Origin: a virus
Lineage: Duplodnaviria > Caudoviricetes
Reading direction: 5' to 3' (one strand)
Length of the DNA: 41,579 nucleotides
Virus record (IMG/VR): IMGVR_UViG_3300005662_000081
Coordinates: 1-41,579 of that record
Below are positions 1-6,428 of the stretch, one piece after another. A program made the position numbers and the translations under genes. The stretch's first letter is position 1. The number at the start of each line of letters is the position of its first letter. A model generated the notes under the pieces. The model made no database searches and was not told the DNA's origin. It worked only from the letters and a program-made list of their open reading frames with translations.

Positions 1-328
1 GGCGGCGACGGGTGAAGTGGCGGACAAAGTGGCGGACATCGCCGAGCCTTTATCTTCAAACGAGGCTAGACCTTCTGATAACGAATCAGAGACAACCCCG
101 GCAGGCATCACGCCAGGCAGGGCAGCGGTGCCCTTTTGTTCCGGCGCGTCGGCGCTTGGACCGGTTAGCGGCAGCACCTCGGCTTCGAGGATCGGCAACG
201 AGGCCAGCATCTCGGCGAGCTTGTCCTGGCTAACCTCGACCCTCTCGACCCGGGCGGTGGCCTCGCCGCTGAGGAGCTGGAGTTTGTCCACCATGACAGC
301 CGCCACGATGGCGGCATCCTTGGCGTTG
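1..328 (+). repeat. Terminal direct repeat, left copy (matches 41252-41579)
   Basis: 1-91 and 266-328 are identical to the right end. About 26 substitutions and no indels in 92-265 (hand alignment). Confidence 0.95.
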
Positions 329-744
329 GTGATCGAAGGCACCAACTCAACGACCCGCTCGACCGACAGCCGGGCAGCCGTGCGCACATTGCGCAGCAAC
401 TCCTTTTTATGCTGCTCTATAGAAATTCCCTCACGCTCTTGGACAGCCGCCACCGTGTTACGGCTCACCCCAAGCGCCCGAGCCATGGCCGACATGCTCA
501 ATCCCTCGGCACTCATCCGGCAGATGGCCCGATAAACCTCCGGCCTCCGAGTCAGTAGCCGCTCCCCGCTAAACTCTCCAGTTGCCTCTAATCTCTCAGC
601 CCCGATTTCCTCCTCCGAAAAAAGAAAAGGCGCGGCGAGGGCGGCAGCCTCCACGGCCTGCAATGGGGTGTTTCCCTCTGGGGTAATCACCCCATCAGAA
701 TTTTTGGCACAAAAAAAAGCCGGATCGGCGGCAGGGTCCGGCAT
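1..744 (-). CDS. HTH DNA-binding protein, possible terminase small subunit, 5' part (continues across the junction to 41078)
   Basis: Open frame from ATG 744 (or GTG 690) with HTH EGLSMSAMARALGVSRNTVAAV, then AAIVAAVMVDKLQLLSGEATARVE. It joins ORF 41078-41557 through the terminal repeat. TerS role is inference. Confidence 0.6.
   Translation of the reverse strand, partial: MPDPAADPAFFCAKNSDGVITPEGNTPLQAVEAAALAAPFLFSEEEIGAERLEATGEFSGERLLTRRPEVYRAICRMSAEGLSMSAMARALGVSRNTVAAVQEREGISIEQHKKELLRNVRTAARLSVERVVELVPSITNAKDAAIVAAVMVDKLQLLSGEATARVERVEVSQDKLAEMLASLPILEAEVLPLTGPSADAPEQKGTAALPGVMPAGVVSDSLSEGLASFEDKGSAMSATLSATSPVAA
13..90 (+). other. Secondary att-like site (two integrase arm-type repeats plus a core-like hairpin)
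   Basis: 13-38 is identical to 5294-5319. TCTGA-TAACGAA-TCAGA at 74-90 resembles a tRNA-Arg anticodon arm. Confidence 0.5.
711..742 (-). terminator. Intrinsic terminator after the Xis-like gene
   Basis: Minus strand GCCGGA-N12-TCCGGC followed by T8, just after the stop at 748. Confidence 0.6.
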
Positions 745-747
745 GGC

Positions 748-978
748 TTAGGCGTGGGCAAAAAGATTGCGCCGGTGCGCAGGCCGCGCAGGCCGGGCAT
801 GTGCTCCCTCGATCCGGCATTGATCTAGGACCCGCTGAACCTCGCTCTCGGGAATCAAGACCCGATCCCCGAGGCGGACATGGCCAAATGTGCCATCATG
901 CAGCCGCAGATGCATACCCGCCCGCGAGATCCCCAGGATCTTCGCCAGCTCAGTCGGCGAATAATGCTTCTCAATCAT
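748..978 (-). CDS. Excisionase-like HTH (HTH_17/MerR-like) protein
   Basis: MIEKHYSPTELAKILGISRAGMHLRLHDGTFGHVRLGDRVLIPESEV is a typical Xis-type winged HTH. Start ATG 978. Confidence 0.75.
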   Translation of the reverse strand: MIEKHYSPTELAKILGISRAGMHLRLHDGTFGHVRLGDRVLIPESEVQRVLDQCRIEGAHARPARPAHRRNLFAHA

Positions 979-1082
979 CGCGCCAGCCTCCAAGTCAGCG
1001 CCGCCAAAAAAAGCGCCGGAGCCATCGCCCAGGCAAAATCCCATGCATAACCCGCCAACCGTAAAAAATCCGCCCCGCTCAT
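975..1082 (-). CDS. Small hydrophobic protein (35 aa)
   Basis: MSGADFLRLAGYAWDFAWAMAPALFLAALTWRLAR, with ATGA overlaps to both neighbours. Confidence 0.55.
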   Translation of the reverse strand: MSGADFLRLAGYAWDFAWAMAPALFLAALTWRLAR

Positions 1083-1225
1083 TTCTCCACCTCCACGGAA
1101 AAAGGCCGAAGTCCGAAAATTTCAAAAAACCGCGCCCGCGCAGCCTCCCGGCTCACCGCCCGAATATAGTCACCAAAAGGCCCGGTAAACGGATCGACCG
1201 CCCGACACAAAAAAAGGCGGCTCAT
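1079..1225 (-). CDS. Hypothetical protein (48 aa)
   Basis: MSRLFLCRAVDPFTGPFGDYIRAVSREAARARFFEIFGLRPFSVEVEK, with ATGA overlaps to neighbours. Confidence 0.55.
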   Translation of the reverse strand: MSRLFLCRAVDPFTGPFGDYIRAVSREAARARFFEIFGLRPFSVEVEK

Positions 1226-1413
1226 TGCGCCACCTCCTTATAAATTTGATCGTCATGTTTTGTCTGACAATCACGCTCGAAAAAATAAGCGAGACTCTGC
1301 CGAACAATGTCCGACGCGCTGCAAAAACGACGCGCCGCTTCTTCCTGCAATCGCTCGCTCAACGGCTCTGGGAGCCGCGCTGTGAGCCTTGTGTGTGTGG
1401 GTTTCGTTTTCAT
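1222..1413 (-). CDS. Ribbon-helix-helix (Arc/CopG-like) regulator, Cro position
   Basis: RLTARLPEPLSERLQEEAARRFCSASDIVRQSL fits the RHH pattern. First gene of the leftward lytic arm. Confidence 0.75.
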   Translation of the reverse strand: MKTKPTHTRLTARLPEPLSERLQEEAARRFCSASDIVRQSLAYFFERDCQTKHDDQIYKEVAQ

Positions 1414-1492
1414 CACCGCCCTTTATTGTCTGACAAAATATGACAGTCAAGAAAAAATAAAAATTTGCGCGGTGGCGGAAAATGTCAGACGC
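1260..1492. promoter_or_regulatory. Palindromic operators TTGTCnGACAA of the switch region
   Basis: TTGTCTGACAA at 1260-1270 and 1426-1436. Variants ATGTCCGACGC at 1307-1317 and ATGTCAGACGC at 1482-1492. Confidence 0.6.
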
Positions 1493-1847
1493 TAAAAAAG
1501 TGAAAGTCAAAAAAATCGACACCCGGCTTGATGATTACCTTTTCGCCCTCGTTGATGCTTACGCCAAACGGCACAGCCTCAAACGAACCCAGGTTATCGT
1601 CCGAGCCCTAGAAAAATACTTTGGCATACAGCACGCCGACCCCATTGAGTTTGCAAGCAGTAACATTTTGCCAAAAACCGCATTTCATGCGCCCATATCT
1701 CGCGTTCAGTTAAACGACGAGAAAAACCCCTCCGAGCCTCTTGGGGACTCGATCCACGATCCATCCGAAAAATCCGTTGGTGGGTCGAAAACAGCGAAAA
1801 CCCCGACTCGCTACCAGAAGGGCACCGGGCGGAAATCTGCGAAATAA
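1482..1847 (+). CDS. Ribbon-helix-helix repressor, CI position
   Basis: KIDTRLDDYLFALVDAYAKRHSLKRTQVIVRALEKYF is an RHH, followed by a low-complexity C-terminal tail. Divergent from the 1222-1413 gene. Confidence 0.7.
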   Translation: MSDAKKVKVKKIDTRLDDYLFALVDAYAKRHSLKRTQVIVRALEKYFGIQHADPIEFASSNILPKTAFHAPISRVQLNDEKNPSEPLGDSIHDPSEKSVGGSKTAKTPTRYQKGTGRKSAK

Positions 1848-1851
1848 ACCC

Positions 1852-2166
1852 ATGAAAATCCTTATTCCAGGCTGCATCCTCATCGCCGCCTCATTCCTGC
1901 CCGCTCTCAATCAATTTCCGCCACCCGGCACAAGCCTTCCAGCCGAGCGCACATGGCACGCCGGATTCGCTTTGATCCTCCTCGGCCTCGCCCAGCTATT
2001 CCGCGAGCAAATGCCCGCCAACCTTACAAAAAGAGAACGCCTCGCCCTATCCTGCATGGCCGCCACCTTCGTCGCCTGGATCGCCGCCCACGCCTACCAA
2101 GATTTGCAGCTCCTCATCACCCTGCCCCTTCTCGGTTACATTTATTTCTTCCCCGAGAAAAAATAA
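1852..2166 (+). CDS. Multi-pass membrane protein (candidate superinfection exclusion)
   Basis: 104 aa from ATG 1852 with about four hydrophobic segments, directly behind the repressor. Confidence 0.65.
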   Translation: MKILIPGCILIAASFLPALNQFPPPGTSLPAERTWHAGFALILLGLAQLFREQMPANLTKRERLALSCMAATFVAWIAAHAYQDLQLLITLPLLGYIYFFPEKK

Positions 2167-2171
2167 AAACC

Positions 2172-2597
2172 ATGCGCCAAGCCGCCTATTTCCTAGCTCT
2201 AGCCGCCATCCTCACCGGCTGCGCCACCCAGCCAGACCCCTGCGAGACCTACGCACCCCGCGCCATGCTCGCCGAGCCCCCTATCGAAATCACCATCCAC
2301 ACCAGCCCACCCGGCGGCATTGTGGACTGGAACGGCAATGTTCTAGGCGCTGCCCCCGTCGTCCTAAAAATCCGCCCCGACCGCATGGCCACAGGCCGCC
2401 CACGCTGGCCCGAGACCGGAGCTTTAACTCACTATTTCCGCGCCCGCTGGCCCAACGGAGCCCAGGCAATCGAAATGTTCCAACCCACCGAGATGCCACC
2501 CCAGCACATCGCCATCGTGTGCCCTGGCGCAGCCAATCCCCTCCTCGATTCCCTCCGAGCCGACGCCCGCACACTCACGCAAAAAAAATCCCGCTGA
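2172..2597 (+). CDS. Lipoprotein with PEGA-like domain
   Basis: Lipobox ILTGC. ITIHTSPPGGIVDWNGNVLGAAPVVL resembles a PEGA domain. Confidence 0.7.
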   Translation: MRQAAYFLALAAILTGCATQPDPCETYAPRAMLAEPPIEITIHTSPPGGIVDWNGNVLGAAPVVLKIRPDRMATGRPRWPETGALTHYFRARWPNGAQAIEMFQPTEMPPQHIAIVCPGAANPLLDSLRADARTLTQKKSR

Positions 2598-2644
2598 CCC
2601 GCAGAGCCCCATTCTATCGGCCTCCGCGCCTGTCAACAAAAATC

Positions 2645-2707
2645 TCAAAAAAAAGTTTCAGCAAAAAATAAAAATATCCTTGCACCCCTTTTGTTCCTTT
2701 ATACATT
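2645..2707 (+). promoter_or_regulatory. Putative sigma70 early promoter with A-tract UP element
   Basis: TTGCAC at 2680-2685, 16-nt spacer, TACATT at 2702-2707, A-tracts upstream. Confidence 0.45.
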
Positions 2708-2765
2708 CAAAAACCAAGCGAGCCAAACGGCCCGCCTCGGTCCAGCGAATCTGGAAAAAATAAAG

Positions 2766-2807
2766 ACCCGCGCCGGACGCTTTCCGGCACCTTAAAAAAT
2801 GACAACA
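2766..2807 (+). repeat. Start-associated hairpin repeat, copy 1
   Basis: ACCCGCGCCGGACGCTTTCCGGCACCTTAAAAAATGACAACA. Confidence 0.9.
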
Positions 2808-3320
2808 GCAACAACCGAGGCCCGCGTTTATGTGGGCACCTACGCAAAATATAATGACGGCAATCTAAAGGGCGCTTGGCTAGTCCTTGACGGTCACGAC
2901 CAAGAAACCTTCCGCGCCGCCTGCGCCCAGCTCCACGCCGACGAAGCCGACCCCGAGCTGATGTTTCAAGACTTCGAGGGATTCCCCCGCGAGTTCTACG
3001 GGGAGTGCAGCCTTTCGCCCCAGCTTTGGGAATGGCTCGACCTCAGCGACGACGACCGTGAACTCCTCGCCCGCTATTGCGACGCCACCGGAGAAGCCGA
3101 CGCCACCATTGAGCAAGCCCGCGACCGCTTCCAAGGCACTGCCGACACCGGCGCAGACTTCGCCGAGAACATCGCCCAAGAATGCGGCGACATCCCCAAA
3201 GACCTCCCCGACTGGATCGCCGGGGCGATTGATTGGGAAGCCGCTTGGAACCGCTCCCTCCGCTACGACTACACCACCAGTGAATCGGCAGACGGCACGA
3301 TTTATTTCTTCACCAACTAA
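2799..3320 (+). CDS. ardA: Antirestriction protein ArdA
   Basis: RVYVGTYAKYNDGNLKGAWL...DPELMFQDFEGFP...IDWEAAW, very acidic; these are hallmark ArdA motifs. Confidence 0.9.
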   Translation: MTTATTEARVYVGTYAKYNDGNLKGAWLVLDGHDQETFRAACAQLHADEADPELMFQDFEGFPREFYGECSLSPQLWEWLDLSDDDRELLARYCDATGEADATIEQARDRFQGTADTGADFAENIAQECGDIPKDLPDWIAGAIDWEAAWNRSLRYDYTTSESADGTIYFFTN

Positions 3321-3351
3321 TCCTGTTCCCCCCAGAACAACCCAACCACCA

Positions 3352-3393
3352 ACCCGCGCCGGACGGCTTCCGGCATCTTAAAAAATGACAACA
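3352..3393 (+). repeat. Start-associated hairpin repeat, copy 2
   Basis: ACCCGCGCCGGACGGCTTCCGGCATCTTAAAAAATGACAACA. Confidence 0.9.
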
Positions 3394-3660
3394 CTGCAAG
3401 ACCTCAAAAAAATCTGCGAAGACGCTGAAAAATTCAGGCAACAAGTTTACTTGTCTATCGATCTCCAAACCGACTCCGGCGAGGAAACCGTCCAGTTAGA
3501 AGTAAAAAACGACGAAACCCGCAGAACCCTGATGCACGCTTTTCGCCGGGCTGGGATTACCGCATATTACCACTCAGGATGTTTTGGCGAGGGAGTCCAA
3601 AACATCGACAAACCAAACCGCAAAGAACCGTTTTGGGGAACCATAAAGGAGGTTAAATGA
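3385..3660 (+). CDS. Hypothetical early protein (91 aa)
   Basis: The ORF starts inside repeat copy 2. Confidence 0.75.
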   Translation: MTTLQDLKKICEDAEKFRQQVYLSIDLQTDSGEETVQLEVKNDETRRTLMHAFRRAGITAYYHSGCFGEGVQNIDKPNRKEPFWGTIKEVK

Positions 3661-4163
3661 TAACGCACAAACAAGCGCCTTTTGATCAGGTAATTTCAAG
3701 TGAAGTAATCCACCGTCGGCGGATTGACGAGGCACATGATGCAATCTCTGAATTGAGCAATGACCTTTACAAGGATTGCCACATGCCAAACTCTTGGGAC
3801 ATTGGTATCGATAAGGTTAATGAAGTTGAGTTCATCCACAGCAATGATGGACTAGTAGAACTTCACCTTGTTCCAACTCAATCCTTCGGAAGGGGAGCGT
3901 TTAAGTATGAGGTTTTTCGTATCTTCCCAAATGACGGACCGTGCGACGGCAGAGTTTTCAGCAGTCTTCAAGAGGCGGCGCATTGGTTTCTGCATTGCCA
4001 GCTCCAAATGCGCATGAACTTCAAAACTCATCACTTCGTAAATGTCATCGAGGCAAATAGAGAGAAGGTCACGCAAAGTATCCTTACCGATCTTTTCGAT
4101 GGGGATCGTGAATATCTGGGACAAGTTAGAGAATCGGTCAGAACAGCACTAAAACCAATATAG
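3657..4163 (+). CDS. Hypothetical protein, AT-rich (168 aa)
   Basis: ATGA overlap, GGAGG Shine-Dalgarno upstream, visibly lower GC than the genome. Confidence 0.75.
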   Translation: MITHKQAPFDQVISSEVIHRRRIDEAHDAISELSNDLYKDCHMPNSWDIGIDKVNEVEFIHSNDGLVELHLVPTQSFGRGAFKYEVFRIFPNDGPCDGRVFSSLQEAAHWFLHCQLQMRMNFKTHHFVNVIEANREKVTQSILTDLFDGDREYLGQVRESVRTALKPI

Positions 4164-4209
4164 TTAAGTTTTGACACCAACCAAAAAACCAACCAAACCA
4201 AGCCACAAA

Positions 4210-4362
4210 ATGAAAACCGAAATCAAATTTCAAACTGTCGGCACGCGGGCCGTTGTCTCAAAGAAAATCACCCCCGAGCAGGCCGCCGAAATCATGCAGA
4301 AAAACCCAAACATTACTCAGGTTGACACGCCCGCCGGTTATTACCCAAGGCCCAAGCCATGA
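4210..4362 (+). CDS. Hypothetical protein (50 aa)
   Basis: MKTEIKFQTVG... after an A/C-rich leader. Confidence 0.6.
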   Translation: MKTEIKFQTVGTRAVVSKKITPEQAAEIMQKNPNITQVDTPAGYYPRPKP

Positions 4363-4526
4363 TCCCCGAGCAACTCAACCGCGCCGCCTCCTCGATGGAG
4401 GCGGCGCTTACCCGGCTCGACCTCCAGCCCGGCCACACCACCGAGGCCCAGCTTGCCCAGGACGACGCCGAGATCCTGCCCGCCCTTGTGGACGGGCAGC
4501 CGGTAACTACCCCCGAGCCGGAATAA
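4359..4526 (+). CDS. Small acidic hypothetical protein (55 aa)
   Basis: MIPEQLNRAASSMEAALTRLDLQPGHTTEAQLAQDDAEILPALVDGQPVTTPEPE, with an ATGA overlap. Below the ORF-track cutoff. Confidence 0.6.
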   Translation: MIPEQLNRAASSMEAALTRLDLQPGHTTEAQLAQDDAEILPALVDGQPVTTPEPE

Positions 4527-4584
4527 AACAAGGCGGATGGCCGCGAAAATTAAAACCAAAGCAACCCACCCCCATAAAAATTCA

Positions 4585-4610
4585 ACCCGCGCCGGACGGC
4601 TTCCGGCACC
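4585..4610 (+). repeat. Start-associated hairpin repeat, copy 3
   Basis: ACCCGCGCCGGACGGCTTCCGGCACC, with ATG at 4616. Confidence 0.9.
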
Positions 4611-4615
4611 GAACC

Positions 4616-4846
4616 ATGAAAGCAACTTCACGAATCACCCTCAGCCCCCGTCGAAAACAACCCTGCGGACGGACGCAAAATTTCCCCCATAAACTTTACA
4701 CCGGCCTCGCCCTACTCACCGACTCCGCCAAACGCGTCACCCAAGAGATCGAGAACCCCATTGCCACAAAAATCAACATCCAGTTTCTTTCTCTCGCCAT
4801 CGAAAACGCCGAGACAATCCTAATCAAATATCCAACCACACAATGA
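4616..4846 (+). CDS. Hypothetical protein (76 aa)
   Basis: MKATSRITLSP... starts right after repeat copy 3. Confidence 0.6.
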   Translation: MKATSRITLSPRRKQPCGRTQNFPHKLYTGLALLTDSAKRVTQEIENPIATKINIQFLSLAIENAETILIKYPTTQ

Positions 4847-5076
4847 ACGACCAACAACTCCACGGCAACACCGGCAACCGGCACGCCGCCCGCGACCCCG
4901 AAGCCGAAAACATGACCGCCAAAGTCCTCTTCTTCTGCTACCCCGAAGAAAAGAACGCCTGGGTCCGCGCCGCCAAGCCCGAAAAATTAAGCGCCTGGAT
5001 ACGCCAGCAACTCAACCAAGCCACCGGACGCCCCACCCAACCCACCGAAGAAGAACGCCGCCGAATTAAAATGTAA
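4843..5076 (+). CDS. Small RHH-like DNA-binding protein
   Basis: KVLFFCYPEEKNAWVRAAKPEKLSAWIRQQLNQA has a strand-helix-helix pattern. Confidence 0.55.
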   Translation: MNDQQLHGNTGNRHAARDPEAENMTAKVLFFCYPEEKNAWVRAAKPEKLSAWIRQQLNQATGRPTQPTEEERRRIKM

Positions 5077-5077
5077 T

Positions 5078-5331
5078 GTGGCGACCAAAGTGGCGGACGC
5101 ACAACTTAAATTATTGCAACATAATGATAGGTTCAGAAACTACGGATCAGAAGGTTGAAGGTTCGAGTCCTTCCGGCTGCATTCCTCTCACCCCCTCAAA
5201 GTGGCGACCATTTCCGGTTTCACTAGGTAACTTGTCAGAAATTCCCAGCTTTTGACCGTCTAATGTATTTACCCCATCCATGGAATTTCACATTGAAGTG
5301 GCGGACAAAGTGGCGGACAAAAGTGGCGACC
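5078..5331 (+). other. attP region with six integrase arm-type repeats (A)AGTGGCG(G)AC
   Basis: Copies at 5078-5086, 5087-5098, 5198-5209, 5296-5306, 5307-5318 and 5319-5331 flank the core. Confidence 0.85.
5139..5181 (+). other. attP core: 3' half of tRNA-Arg(ACG)
   Basis: A-CTACGGA-TCAGA-AGGTT-GAAGG-TTCGAGT-CCTTC-CGGCTGC-A covers the anticodon loop, variable loop, T arm and 3' acceptor strand. The 5' half is absent. Confidence 0.9.
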
Positions 5332-5333
5332 GT

Positions 5334-6428
5334 ATGAGAAAACACAACGAGGTTTCGGTTTACTGGAAAGAATCCCGCAATGGCTGGTATTACCGCGTGC
5401 AGATCGACGGCAAGCGGGTCGAGAAGGCGACGGGGGTTTCGATCAACAACAAAGCCGGTCGGGCGGCAGCGGAGGCGAAGGCGAAAAAGATCGCCGAGGG
5501 ATTGCGCTCGGGCAACGAGGAGGAGCTGGCGAAGGTCGTCCGGCGGCCAGGCTATGCCACGGCGGGGGAGATTGTGGACCGGTTCAAGCTCCACGGCCCT
5601 GGCGGATCGGCGGTGAAGGCTGCGAGCGGCTTTGCCAAGTATGTCGCCGAGGCCAGCGGCAAGGCGGATTGGCGCGGCGTGTCGTCTCATTTGGTTCTCA
5701 CGGCTCCGGTCTTGCGAGGTTGGATCACGGCGCGGCTGGCGGCGGGCTGCACCGAGGCGGGCGTGAGGTCGAGCGTGCAGACGGTCAAGCAAGTGGTGGC
5801 CCAGCGGCGGATGCACCTCTTCGCGGATTTGACGCTGCCGGATTTGACCGAGTTCTGGAAAGTCTCGGGCGGAAAAGCCCAGGATCAAAGCTACGAGCCC
5901 ATCCCCCGCGACATCCTGCGGCGGATGGATGCGGCGGCGAGGATTCCCCTGCGGCGGGAAAATCCCCGCGTGTGGGCGATTTATTGGCTCATGCGGCGGG
6001 CGGGGTTGCGAAACTCCGAGGTGGCCAAGCTCCGGTGGGATTGGGTGGATTGGCTCCCTAACAAGAGCGGCGTGGATTTGGTTCTCATCAAACGCCCCGA
6101 CTTCCACAGCAAAAATGGAAAATATGGCCGAGTGCCTGCGAATCTCCGCCTGATGCGGGCGATCCAGGCCGCGCTTGGCGAGGGCGAGTATGTGATTCCC
6201 CGCGCTAACAAGACCGAGGCCGACGACCTGACGCACGATGGCATCAATGATTTTGTGCGGCGCTTCATCCCCGATGGCGCGAAGGGAGCCTATAATTTGA
6301 GAAAGGAATACGGCAGCCGCATCGCCCAGCGGGACGGCCTGGAGGTGGCGGCGAAGCTCCTGCGCGACTCGATGGATGTCGTGGAGAAGCACTACCACGC
6401 CCTGCTGGAAAGGCCGAAGCCGCTTTAG
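5334..6428 (+). CDS. int: Tyrosine integrase
   Basis: N-terminal arm-binding beta domain (WYYRVQIDGKRV), GLRNSEV, SKNGK, YNLRK and KHY motifs. Adjacent to attP. Confidence 0.92.
   Translation: MRKHNEVSVYWKESRNGWYYRVQIDGKRVEKATGVSINNKAGRAAAEAKAKKIAEGLRSGNEEELAKVVRRPGYATAGEIVDRFKLHGPGGSAVKAASGFAKYVAEASGKADWRGVSSHLVLTAPVLRGWITARLAAGCTEAGVRSSVQTVKQVVAQRRMHLFADLTLPDLTEFWKVSGGKAQDQSYEPIPRDILRRMDAAARIPLRRENPRVWAIYWLMRRAGLRNSEVAKLRWDWVDWLPNKSGVDLVLIKRPDFHSKNGKYGRVPANLRLMRAIQAALGEGEYVIPRANKTEADDLTHDGINDFVRRFIPDGAKGAYNLRKEYGSRIAQRDGLEVAAKLLRDSMDVVEKHYHALLERPKPL

Noticed and set aside
92-265. DGR template/variable repeat pair from the diverged terminal copies
   Set aside because: Mismatches are not adenine-specific and no reverse transcriptase gene is present.
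663-695. 8-bp inverted repeat ATGGGGTG/CACCCCAT
   Set aside because: Short, single occurrence, plausible by chance.
2766-4610. CRISPR array or classical integron attC array
   Set aside because: Spacing is gene-sized and irregular, there are no cas genes, and there are no RYYYAAC/GTTRRRY ends.
5139-5181. Intact tRNA gene
   Set aside because: The D arm and 5' acceptor strand are missing; this is an att core.
5280-5333. Integrase start at ATG 5280
   Set aside because: The extension just translates the arm repeats (VADKVADK). ATG 5334 begins the arm-binding domain, so it is preferred, though not proven.
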